This document shows, in pieces, positions 19,321-28,199 of a stretch of 64,000 nt of DNA (position 1 is its first letter; each line of letters opens with the position of its first letter). The DNA is taken from positions 11,964 to 75,963 of the forward strand of contig RFIA01000194.1 of assembly GCA_003695675.1 (NCBI GenBank), written 5' to 3'. Source of the DNA: Chloroflexota bacterium (GTDB lineage Bacteria > Chloroflexota > Anaerolineae > Aggregatilineales > Phototrophicaceae). The notes beneath the pieces were generated by a model. That model did not search any database. It was given only the letters and a program-made list of their open reading frames with translations, and was not told the origin of the DNA. The position numbers and the translations under genes are program-made.

Positions 19321-20091
19321 ATGGGGGAACCATTTGTACAAGTCCGCAATCTAGTGAAAATCTACGAAACACCTACCCGACGTCTTGAGGTGCTGCGTGG
19401 TGTCAATCTTGAGTTATATCCCGGCGACTTCGCCGCCATTGTCGGGCCTTCGGGCAGTGGCAAATCGACTCTACTCAACATGATTACAGGTATCGACAAA
19501 CCCACTGCCGGTGAAGTCATCGTCGGCGATATGAATATCACAGCGACAAAACAACGTCATCTGACAAAATGGCGCTCCCGCAATATCGGTATCGCCTATC
19601 AATTCTTCCAATTGTTGCCCACACTATCCGTCATCGACAATGTGATGGCGCCGATGGATTTCGGCAATGTCGGGCGGAAGAACCAACGCAGAGAACGCGC
19701 CATGCAATTGCTGGAATTTTTTGGCATACAAGATCAAAGTTACAAAACACCTGATATGCTTTCGGGCGGGCAACAGCAACGTCTCTCAATTGCAAGAGCG
19801 CTCGCCAATAACCCGGCTTTATTGATAGGCGATGAACCAACAGGGAATCTTGACCGCATGAGTGCAGAGCAGGTCTTCCGGGTTTTTCGTTCGTATGCCG
19901 AATATGGCACAACCGTCCTCATCGTCACACATGACCGGCATCTCGTGCGCGACGTACCCATCATCTATGCGCTCAACAACGGCATCCTCGAGCGCACAAC
20001 CGTGGATGAAATTGAGAAACGCCGCACACAAGAGATCAAACGTGCAACCCAAGAGTGGCACACCGTTCAATCACAGGAGGTGCTCCAATGA
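19321..20091 (+). CDS. ABC transporter ATP-binding protein, MacB/LolD/FtsE-type NBD
   Basis: 256 aa with GPSGSGKSTLLN, LSGGQQQR, LLIGDEPTGNLD and VTHD. Confidence 0.9.
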   Translation: MGEPFVQVRNLVKIYETPTRRLEVLRGVNLELYPGDFAAIVGPSGSGKSTLLNMITGIDKPTAGEVIVGDMNITATKQRHLTKWRSRNIGIAYQFFQLLPTLSVIDNVMAPMDFGNVGRKNQRRERAMQLLEFFGIQDQSYKTPDMLSGGQQQRLSIARALANNPALLIGDEPTGNLDRMSAEQVFRVFRSYAEYGTTVLIVTHDRHLVRDVPIIYALNNGILERTTVDEIEKRRTQEIKRATQEWHTVQSQEVLQ

Positions 20092-20804
20092 TTAATGGAG
20101 GCCGCCCTCTCATCTCATTGGAAGGTGTAACAAAAGTCTACAAAACAAAAGCTGGCCCGCTTGAAGCGATCAAGGGTGTTGATTTCCAAGTTGGCGAGGG
20201 GGAATTCGTCGCGATTGTCGGGCCGTCCGGCAGCGGCAAAAGCACGCTCATCAACATGATTACTGGTATCGACAGGCCGACAAGTGGCGAGGTCTTTGTC
20301 GCCGGGGAGCGCCTGACGAATATGAGCGAGAATAAAGTCGCCAAATGGCGTGGGCGCAATGTTGGTGTTGTCTTCCAATTCTTCCAACTTTTGCCAACCT
20401 TGACGGTGCTCGAAAATGTCATTATGCCGATGAATTACACCGGCACATACAAGGGCAAACGTCGTCAACGCGCGATGGAAATGCTTGATTTGGTCAAACT
20501 GACCGATGTGGTTGACAAATACCCGAGTCAAATTTCCGGCGGGCAACAACAAAGAGCTGCCATCGCACGGGCGCTTGTGAATAATCCCAGTGTGCTGGTT
20601 GGCGACGAACCGACAGGCAATCTCGATGCAGAATCGGCGGCCCGAGTCTTTCAATTGTTCGGTACACTTGTCCAACACGGTACCACGATTGTCATGGTCA
20701 CACATGATCGCGATCTTGCCGGTCAAATACCGCGTGTCGTCGAAGTCCGAGATGGTCAGCTTGTCTCTGAAAGTGAGGTTGACCACCGACTCGTAGCAAG
20801 ATGA
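20088..20804 (+). CDS. ABC transporter ATP-binding protein, MacB/LolD/FtsE-type NBD (second copy)
   Basis: The ATG at 20088 overlaps the stop of the preceding NBD (ATGA). 238 aa with GPSGSGKSTLIN, ISGGQQQR, VLVGDEPTGNLD and VTHD. Confidence 0.9.
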   Translation: MINGGRPLISLEGVTKVYKTKAGPLEAIKGVDFQVGEGEFVAIVGPSGSGKSTLINMITGIDRPTSGEVFVAGERLTNMSENKVAKWRGRNVGVVFQFFQLLPTLTVLENVIMPMNYTGTYKGKRRQRAMEMLDLVKLTDVVDKYPSQISGGQQQRAAIARALVNNPSVLVGDEPTGNLDAESAARVFQLFGTLVQHGTTIVMVTHDRDLAGQIPRVVEVRDGQLVSESEVDHRLVAR

Positions 20805-20836
20805 TGACAACAACCAAAATTGACGACCCAAAATTA

Positions 20837-20866
20837 ACGGAGGAAGCGTGTTGTTGCTTCCTCCGT
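20837..20866 (+). terminator. Hairpin downstream of the tandem ABC ATPase genes
   Basis: ACGGAGGAAGC-N8-GCTTCCTCCGT with an 11-bp perfect stem. There is no clear T-tract, so efficiency is uncertain. Confidence 0.4.
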
Positions 20867-20970
20867 CATATCTATCAATACAATGCCAATAAATCTCGCC
20901 AGAACAGCGAAATTAAAACAAGAATAGACAATCCGCAAGTGCATAAATACTAATCTTAACAACTCACCTA

Positions 20971-20999
20971 TTGCTCAATTTGGTAAAAGTGTGTATATT
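20971..20999 (+). promoter_or_regulatory. Sigma-70-like promoter for the small secreted protein gene
   Basis: TTGCTC, then a 17-nt spacer ending in TGTG, then TATATT (TGn extended -10). About 58 nt upstream of the ATG at 21058. Confidence 0.4.
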
Positions 21000-21057
21000 A
21001 TAGGGTGTAATTACCTTCAATCACAGTCCATATTAATTTTGAGGAAAGGGAGATTTC

Positions 21058-21417
21058 ATGAAACAAAAGTATATCACGGCAGTAGTAGGACTCGGCCTGC
21101 TTGCAATGATTGCTATTGCGCTTGTCGGTCTGCCACTTTTTAGCTCTTCGACTTCGGTCAGCGCTGATTATCGTCAAGCTGCGTGCCCATCGGGCGAATC
21201 CGATGCGCTGGCAATCCTCGGTGGTGGTGCGCAACTGTTTGCCTCGCTCGAATCATTGCAGGCCATGACAGATGGTGTGGCTGCGCCGGCTGGCGACCGT
21301 TATGTTATCTGCGTTGATGAATTCAACGAAAATTCTGTTGGCGTTGACGCTGCCGGTTTGCATCGTTTTGTCAAACGTAGCGATGTCAGTGGCGTTATTC
21401 CACGCTTCCCCGGTTAA
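21058..21417 (+). CDS. Hypothetical small secreted or membrane-anchored protein
   Basis: 119 aa. N-terminal hydrophobic segment AVVGLGLLAMIAIALVGLPLF and an RBS GGAAAGGGAG. It has its own promoter-like element and a clean intrinsic terminator. I recognise no family. Confidence 0.55.
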   Translation: MKQKYITAVVGLGLLAMIAIALVGLPLFSSSTSVSADYRQAACPSGESDALAILGGGAQLFASLESLQAMTDGVAAPAGDRYVICVDEFNENSVGVDAAGLHRFVKRSDVSGVIPRFPG

Positions 21418-21438
21418 GTTTATCGAGTTTTGATTAAG

Positions 21439-21487
21439 AATGCTGGTCAACATTTACAGTAAGTTGACCAGCATTTTCTTTTTTCTC
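21439..21487 (+). terminator. Rho-independent terminator
   Basis: AATGCTGGTCAAC-loop-GTTGACCAGCATT, a 13-bp perfect stem, followed by TTCTTTTTTCTC. Confidence 0.85.
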
Positions 21488-21503
21488 ATATTCGCGATTT
21501 TTT

Positions 21504-22868
21504 ATGATCCCATCCTCAAAGACTTTCCAATCACTCAATCGATTTGACCGAATTCAATACGCCCTTTTAGCAATCATTGTGATTGTCAGTGTGGTTTCTC
21601 GTCCCCGGCAACAACTCATCCAAGTCTTCGACCAACTGCGGATGCCGATTGAGTTCCAGATTGTTTCGCTCTCTATTCCCGACTATTTTGTGATCATCCT
21701 CGTTATCACGACCAGTGGTTGGCTTGTCATCAGCGATAAATATCGTCAACATTTTGTGCAAACAATGGAAATGATCACCACGCAAATATATGGCATTATC
21801 TGGGTCATTTTTGCTGGATGGCTGTTCGCCAGTCTGTTATGGTCGCGAGATGCCACGCTGCCCCGCTTCACAACAATTCATGTCATCATTATGCTATACA
21901 TGGCGCTCATCGTAGCAGACTTTGTGCGCAGGCATCGTGCAAATATAGTGTTATATCCACTTGTTGCGGGGGCAATCTTTCAAGCAGTGCTCGCGCTGTT
22001 GCAGGTTATCAACAATGATCCATTGGGGTTGTACCAATTTGGCGAGATTGACCGCTTCCCTTATGATCCGCGCAACTTTTATCGCGCACCCGGCTTGTCT
22101 TCGCACTCGAATTATCTCGGTGGTTATTTAATGGTTGCACTGTTTGCGCTTGCGATTTTGATCGCATTTCGCCTGCAAACAACACATCTGAAAGACCGAA
22201 AAAACTTTCCGTTTTATCTCATTGGTTTTCTCATCGTTTTAGCGATGATTGGCACATTGTCGCGCAGCGCGATGTTATCAACAACAATTGGTGCCGTTCC
22301 GCTTGTGTTGGTGGCCGCTCGATATGTCAATAAGAAAATTTTCTTTGGTGCTTTTTCGCTGTTCATCATAGCCATCCTTGTGTGGGGACTATTCGTATTG
22401 GCTGGGCCAGAGAATATCCGAACACGAATTTTGTCATCGCGCGAATTTTTCTTCGACGACAGTTGGGCTGTCATCAAAGACGCGCCAGTGTTTGGTGTCG
22501 GCGCGGGCAATCTGATGCTCGAAATCAGCCAATTCACACCTGATGAACCTAACACAGACATTCTACCGGTACACAATGTCTATCTCTTTCTCTGGGCAGA
22601 GGTAGGCATCATCGGTCTAGCGATTTTTGTCACGGCTCTTTTGCTGATGTTACGGCATCTAGCAAACTATCAACAAATAACAACATTGGTGTGGACAAGT
22701 TGTCTGCTTGCCATCGCTGTTGCCATGTTGTTCGACAATTACTTCTGGGCTGTGCAACCATTTCGTGTTTTGTTGTTTTGGGCAATTGGGGTGTGGTGGG
22801 GTGTCATGAACCAATCTTCAAACGTAAACAATGTTGATACTACCGAGGCAATACCAACATCCGCCTGA
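21504..22868 (+). CDS. O-antigen ligase/polymerase family (Wzy_C-like) membrane protein
   Basis: 454 aa with about 10-12 hydrophobic helices and a GTLSRSAMLS loop typical of Wzy_C-type proteins. The call is by pattern only. Confidence 0.7.
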   Translation: MIPSSKTFQSLNRFDRIQYALLAIIVIVSVVSRPRQQLIQVFDQLRMPIEFQIVSLSIPDYFVIILVITTSGWLVISDKYRQHFVQTMEMITTQIYGIIWVIFAGWLFASLLWSRDATLPRFTTIHVIIMLYMALIVADFVRRHRANIVLYPLVAGAIFQAVLALLQVINNDPLGLYQFGEIDRFPYDPRNFYRAPGLSSHSNYLGGYLMVALFALAILIAFRLQTTHLKDRKNFPFYLIGFLIVLAMIGTLSRSAMLSTTIGAVPLVLVAARYVNKKIFFGAFSLFIIAILVWGLFVLAGPENIRTRILSSREFFFDDSWAVIKDAPVFGVGAGNLMLEISQFTPDEPNTDILPVHNVYLFLWAEVGIIGLAIFVTALLLMLRHLANYQQITTLVWTSCLLAIAVAMLFDNYFWAVQPFRVLLFWAIGVWWGVMNQSSNVNNVDTTEAIPTSA

Positions 22869-22981
22869 AAAGATTTCCTCAACATTGCTAATCTAATATG
22901 CCTCTCTAAAACGATTGTGATATAAATAGCACAGAGAGCATCTATTTTATTTGCGAACGTCTTCCCTACAAGAGAATTCTG

Positions 22982-24367
22982 ATGTTTTATGAAGCGAATT
23001 TTGGCTACCAACTTTTCCTTCAAGTTTCGGATATGCTCATTGTCGTCTTATCATTGGCGGCTGCGAGTTATTTGAGAATCAATATTGGTCTAGGGCGTCC
23101 AGGAGTCGATGAAGCATTCGGCACGCCAACCCCCTTGTTTTTCGTCGCAGCAGGAGTATGGTGGACGGCGTTGCAAATCGCACACGAGTATTCTTCGCTC
23201 AATGCGGCCAGTCTCTGGCGTATGTTACAGCGATTTTTGTTTGGTCATTTGTTGGCGATGTTGTTATTCTTCGGCACACTCTACCTCACATACCGAGACT
23301 ACTCGCGTTTACAATCCTTCTACTTTCTGTTGATTGTCTTCGTAACGACGGGGCTTTACCGAATAGCAACTTATCGTCTATGGAAAATTTTCCTACGCAA
23401 TGATAAGCGGCATTTTGGCGTAGCTATCGTCGGACTCAACGCACATGCACAAAATTTGGGAGAAAAATTGTTGTCGCGAAGCGAACAAGGTGTCCATCTA
23501 CATGGATACATTCGATATGAAGAAGATGTCGCCCCAGAGAATCTCAATGCGCCTGTCATCGGCACAGTTCAAAAGATGACAGACATTCTTGCAGAGTACA
23601 AAATTAATGAGATTATCATTACAATTGATGGGCAGAGACGCATCGATTTCCATCAACTCTTGCGTATTCTACAGCAATACACACCGGCAATTCGCCTCGC
23701 ACCTGACTATTCGGAATACGCTTATTTTCGTGTATCGGTTGACGACTTTGAGGGATTTCCCCTATTGGGATTACGACAACCGATACTATCGCCATCACAG
23801 CGTCTCATAAAACGAATATTCGATATTGTTGTCTCATTACTAGTCATGACATTGGGATCACCAATCTTCGTTCTAGTTGCTATCGCTGTGCGTCTCGACA
23901 GTTCGGGTCCGATTATCATCTGGCAAGAACGAATCGGGCAATATGGCAAGCCTTTCAAAATGCTGAAATTTCGCTCAATGATTGCCGGGGCAGAACGCGA
24001 AAATAAAGGGGCAAAGATCAAGCAACGCGATGATGAACGTATCACTCGTATCGGTCGTTTCATCCGACGCACGAGTCTCGACGAGTTACCGCAATTCGTC
24101 AATATTTTGCGCGGTGAGATGAGTCTTGTCGGCCCACGACCAGAATTGCCAGAACGGGTCGTGGATTACCAAGATTGGCAACGCAAACGCTTTGAGGTGC
24201 CGCAGGGATTGACGGGATGGTGGCAAATCAACGGACGAGCCGATCTACCAATGATTGAAAATACAGAATATGATCTGTATTACATATCACACTATTCATT
24301 ATGGCTGGACCTACAGATATTGTTCCGCACAATTTTTGTCGTGATGAGGGGCACAGGCGCCTATTGA
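22982..24367 (+). CDS. Polyprenyl glycosylphosphotransferase (WbaP/WcaJ-type initiating sugar transferase)
   Basis: 461 aa. N-terminal TM helices are followed by the C-terminal bacterial sugar transferase domain (KRIFDIVVSLL, KMLKFRSM, DELPQFVNILRGEMSLVGPRPE). Confidence 0.9.
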   Translation: MFYEANFGYQLFLQVSDMLIVVLSLAAASYLRINIGLGRPGVDEAFGTPTPLFFVAAGVWWTALQIAHEYSSLNAASLWRMLQRFLFGHLLAMLLFFGTLYLTYRDYSRLQSFYFLLIVFVTTGLYRIATYRLWKIFLRNDKRHFGVAIVGLNAHAQNLGEKLLSRSEQGVHLHGYIRYEEDVAPENLNAPVIGTVQKMTDILAEYKINEIIITIDGQRRIDFHQLLRILQQYTPAIRLAPDYSEYAYFRVSVDDFEGFPLLGLRQPILSPSQRLIKRIFDIVVSLLVMTLGSPIFVLVAIAVRLDSSGPIIIWQERIGQYGKPFKMLKFRSMIAGAERENKGAKIKQRDDERITRIGRFIRRTSLDELPQFVNILRGEMSLVGPRPELPERVVDYQDWQRKRFEVPQGLTGWWQINGRADLPMIENTEYDLYYISHYSLWLDLQILFRTIFVVMRGTGAY

Positions 24368-24378
24368 ACACAATGACT

Positions 24379-25326
24379 TCAACGTGTGCGCGGGTCAAGA
24401 ATATCGCGCATCCCGTCGCCAATAAAGTTGAAGGCCATGACAAGACTCGCGATTGCAATGCCGGGGAACAACCACATCCACCATTGATCGAAGAAATCAA
24501 TGCCGATAGAAACCATCTTACCCCATTCAGGGGACGAAGGTTCGGGACCGAGACCGAGAAAACTCAAACCGGCGAAGACGAGTATCGCGTTGCCAATGTC
24601 TAATGTTGCCAGCACAACCGCAGGGGCGAAACTATTCGGTAAAATCGTCCGCAACAATATATAATATCCCGGCGCACCAATTGCGCGAACAGCTTCGACA
24701 TAATCCTGTGTTTTGACCTCAAGCACCAATCCGCGAACGAGCCGCGCATAATTCGGCCACCACACGACAACCAGCGCAATGATGGCATTACGAATATCAG
24801 AGCCTAGCGCGGCGGTCACGGCCAACGCTAAAATAATCGTCGGGAAGGCCATAAACAACTCGGTGATGCGCATGAAAACCTCATCCCACATCCCACCGAG
24901 ATAACCAGCGAGGGAGCCGATGAGTGTGCCAACGATACTCCCAAAAATGATCACAGCGATACCCGCTGGGATGGTGATGCGCCCGCCATATAACAAGCGC
25001 GTCAAAATATCACGACCGAGTTCATCAGTCCCCAATAAATGTGTGGTGGCGTCAGTCACCTCCTCATCTGTCTCTTGTGAGGAATCAAACAAGGCTGGGC
25101 GCTGCAACCGATTAGAAACATCTTGTTGCAAGGGATCAAACGGCGCAAGTGTGGGCGCAAGAAGCGAAATCAGCACCCATACGATCACAATGATAAGGCC
25201 AACCAATACAAGTGGGTTTTTTCGCAGATGATACCAAACTGTAGCAGCTTGTTCACGTCTGCTTGATGGTGTGAGCGCAATGGGTCTTTCGGCAACAGAT
25301 TCGAGTCGAGCAGTTGGGACAGTCAT
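24379..25326 (-). CDS. Peptide/nickel ABC transporter permease (DppC/OppC-type)
   Basis: 315 aa of the binding-protein-dependent permease type (GRDILTRLLYG). ATGA overlap with the upstream permease. Confidence 0.9.
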   Translation of the reverse strand: MTVPTARLESVAERPIALTPSSRREQAATVWYHLRKNPLVLVGLIIVIVWVLISLLAPTLAPFDPLQQDVSNRLQRPALFDSSQETDEEVTDATTHLLGTDELGRDILTRLLYGGRITIPAGIAVIIFGSIVGTLIGSLAGYLGGMWDEVFMRITELFMAFPTIILALAVTAALGSDIRNAIIALVVVWWPNYARLVRGLVLEVKTQDYVEAVRAIGAPGYYILLRTILPNSFAPAVVLATLDIGNAILVFAGLSFLGLGPEPSSPEWGKMVSIGIDFFDQWWMWLFPGIAIASLVMAFNFIGDGMRDILDPRTR

Positions 25327-26342
25327 GCAACTCGAATCCTTGGGTCAATAAAATAATATAAAATATCCACCACAAAGTTGACGATAACGTAAATGACAGC
25401 AATTAACATGCTAATACCCATAATGGCTGGAAAATCTTGTGCGGTCGAGGCGCGAAACATATAGCGTCCAATACCCGGCCACGCAAAGATTGATTCAGTG
25501 AGCACCGCACCCGCCAACAAGTTCCCGAATGACAAGCCGATAATCGTCACAACGGGGATGAGCGCATTCGATAACCCATGCCGGATGACGACCACGCGCT
25601 CGCTGAGACCCTTAGAGCGGGCTGTACGCATGTAATCCATATTGAGCACTTCGAGCAATGACGACCGGGTGATACGCGCAATGATCCCTGAGACAAACAT
25701 CCCCAACACAAAACTCGGCAAAATCAAGTGCGAGAGCGCATTGCGGAATTTATCAAAGTCGCCGTCGAGCAATGCATCAACAGTGAACAAGCCGGTTACT
25801 TTCGGTGGGTCGCGCACAATAAAATCGAGACGACCCGGCCCACCAACCAGACCCAATTCGCTATGAAAAATCGTCAACCCTATCAATGCCAATAAAAATA
25901 CGGGAAAGCTCACTCCGATTAGTGCAAAGACACGCACAAAATAATCGACGACCGTATTTTGCCAGACGGCGGAAATCACACCAAAAGAGATACCCATCGT
26001 CAAACCGATCACAATTGACAATGTGGCCAGTTCAATCGTCGCGGGCAAAAATTGACGAATATCATCGGCAACAGGTTTGCGTGTTTTGATCGACGTACCC
26101 ATATCACCCTGCAAGACATTCGTTATATAGGTGATGTATTGGACATGTAGCGGTTCGTCGAGTCCCCATTTGGCACGAAAGGCAGCGATCAATTCTTCGT
26201 CGTTGAGCGCGTTTGGAGGAAGATTAGCATTGATCGGGTCGGCAGGGATCGCATTCGCAATTAAAAATGCCACCAACGAAATCCCGAATAATAGTGGAAT
26301 CACCAGAACAAGCCTGCGCAAGAAATACTTTTGAAATGACAT
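25323..26342 (-). CDS. Peptide/nickel ABC transporter permease (DppB/OppB-type)
   Basis: 339 aa with an N-terminal FLRRLVLVIP motif and an EAA loop (DYMRTARSKGLSE). Confidence 0.9.
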   Translation of the reverse strand: MSFQKYFLRRLVLVIPLLFGISLVAFLIANAIPADPINANLPPNALNDEELIAAFRAKWGLDEPLHVQYITYITNVLQGDMGTSIKTRKPVADDIRQFLPATIELATLSIVIGLTMGISFGVISAVWQNTVVDYFVRVFALIGVSFPVFLLALIGLTIFHSELGLVGGPGRLDFIVRDPPKVTGLFTVDALLDGDFDKFRNALSHLILPSFVLGMFVSGIIARITRSSLLEVLNMDYMRTARSKGLSERVVVIRHGLSNALIPVVTIIGLSFGNLLAGAVLTESIFAWPGIGRYMFRASTAQDFPAIMGISMLIAVIYVIVNFVVDILYYFIDPRIRVA

Positions 26343-26415
26343 AGCCTTGAGTTTGAAAAAGTGAGTGGCGGGTTGTCCTCCCCACCACTCACAAACGAAC
26401 CAAAATAGTTATGAA

Positions 26416-28011
26416 TTATCCAACACGGCTCAACAAAGCCACATCAAGTAACCATTGCGGATGCCAGACAAAGCCTTCGATGTCGGAACGGAAAGCAATC
26501 TGAACTGCCGGTTGATTGAACGGCGCAGTCGGGCTAGTTTCTTGCAAAGCAGTTTGAATTTCGGCCACCAACTCAAGCCTGCGCTCTGGGTCACTTTCGA
26601 CTGCGAATTGGTCACGAAGAGCAACAATCTCTGGCGGCGCGTTGTCATCATTCCAATTCAATCGTTCACCGGCAACTTTACCACCGGGCATAAATGACAA
26701 CAAATCAGCCGGATCATTGATGTCTGGCCCCCATAACCAATATCCAAATCCTTGATCGCCTTCACGATATTCTTCCAGCGCAATTTGGAAATCCTGTGGA
26801 TTGAGTTCAACATTAATGCCAACTTCGGCGAGGTCGGCCTGAATCTTCTGCGCATTGGTGGCGAATGGAATGCCGCCAAATGTCAGGTCAGGATACGTCA
26901 TCACAATGTCGAATCCGTCTGGGAACCCAGCTTCGGCCAACAATTCGCGTGCTGTGTCGAGATCGCGTGACAAGGCTTGATCGGGGCCAAAAGCGCCGGC
27001 AAGGCCAAATGCTAGATCGGAACCGGGTTGAATGCTGCCCTCCCACAGGTCAGTATAGCCATCATAATCTAGGGCAAGGCGGATGGCACGTTGCACCAGC
27101 GGATCGCTGACGGGGCCGCCAATTTCAGGATCGGCATTCATAATCAGGAAGTGATGAATATTGCCGGGACCGATGAAAACACTGATGTCCGGGTTGTCTG
27201 CCAATTCTGCGACTTGATCGGGCGATAGATCGGTTGCTAGGTCAATATCGCCGGATTCGAGCGCAACTTTTTGAGTCGCGGCTTCAGGAATGTTGACGAT
27301 CAGGACGCGATCAAAGAACGGCAGATCTTCACCCCAGTAATTCGGGTTGCGCACGAGGACAGTTTCTTCTTGCGGAGTCCAACTTTCAAGGATGTAAGGC
27401 CCCGTACCGGCTGAATTCTGATTGAGATAATCCTCAGCAGTATCGGTCTCTTCGGCATCAGCAGCATCGGTACCGCCATTGGCGCGAACTTCATCGGCAT
27501 TCGTGATTGAGAAAACGGTGTTGGCAAGCTCGGCCAAAAACGATGGACGCACAGATTCGAGCGTAAATGTCACCGTCATGTCATCGTCCGCAACCACATC
27601 AACAATCGGGTCGGCCAAAAATGACGGATTGCCATTGACATTTTGCAGACGTTTCATCGAAAAGACCACGTCGTCGGCTGTCAGCGGATCGCCATTCGAG
27701 AAAGTGACACCTTCGCGCAAATTAAAAGTGTACTGTGTACCATCTTCTGAAATGGTCCAATCTGTTGCCAACAATGGCAAAATTTCACTGGCATCAGCAT
27801 CTGGGAATGTCACAAGCGTTTGATACGTCGCGCGATTGACAATACCAGTCGTTTGTGTGAAGCCGTTGGCCGGGTCATACGAATCCGTGATCTCGGCATG
27901 ACCAATCACTAGAACTTGTTCATCTTGTGCGACGGCACCTGTAACAAGCCCACCCAACAACACCAGCGCCATGAGCAACGAGAAAAGCACCCCACGTCGT
28001 ACATGCAACAT
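26416..28011 (-). CDS. ABC transporter substrate-binding protein, family 5 (peptide/oligosaccharide)
   Basis: 531 aa with an N-terminal signal-like helix. The length and TWTFNLREGVTFSNG-type motif fit SBP family 5. Confidence 0.9.
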   Translation of the reverse strand: MLHVRRGVLFSLLMALVLLGGLVTGAVAQDEQVLVIGHAEITDSYDPANGFTQTTGIVNRATYQTLVTFPDADASEILPLLATDWTISEDGTQYTFNLREGVTFSNGDPLTADDVVFSMKRLQNVNGNPSFLADPIVDVVADDDMTVTFTLESVRPSFLAELANTVFSITNADEVRANGGTDAADAEETDTAEDYLNQNSAGTGPYILESWTPQEETVLVRNPNYWGEDLPFFDRVLIVNIPEAATQKVALESGDIDLATDLSPDQVAELADNPDISVFIGPGNIHHFLIMNADPEIGGPVSDPLVQRAIRLALDYDGYTDLWEGSIQPGSDLAFGLAGAFGPDQALSRDLDTARELLAEAGFPDGFDIVMTYPDLTFGGIPFATNAQKIQADLAEVGINVELNPQDFQIALEEYREGDQGFGYWLWGPDINDPADLLSFMPGGKVAGERLNWNDDNAPPEIVALRDQFAVESDPERRLELVAEIQTALQETSPTAPFNQPAVQIAFRSDIEGFVWHPQWLLDVALLSRVG

Positions 28012-28199
28012 AAAATTTTCCTCCTAAACAATTTACATTGACTTTTGCGAAATCGATTGCAACAGCGATTTGAGGTATTGTATACAAAAGCGGACAGATA
28101 AGCAAAAGATTGGCGAAAATTGGTCACTGATGTAAACAAGCGAATATGTTACTATCGTGGCGATTCGTGTGTCCCCATATTCTGGGAAAGTGAGAAAAT

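Noticed and set aside
19321-20804. Tandem NBDs as a frameshifted single ABC-F-type or duplicated-domain gene
   Set aside because: The first ORF ends in a clean TGA that overlaps the ATG of the second (ATGA). Each ORF encodes one complete NBD with its own N-terminus. No linker or arm typical of ABC-F proteins is present.
20115-20831. 238-aa ORF antisense to the second ABC ATPase gene
   Set aside because: It is the mirror of a strongly supported NBD gene with all ABC motifs. The antisense frame of ABC ATPases is commonly open. It has no RBS, no recognisable motifs and a biased composition.
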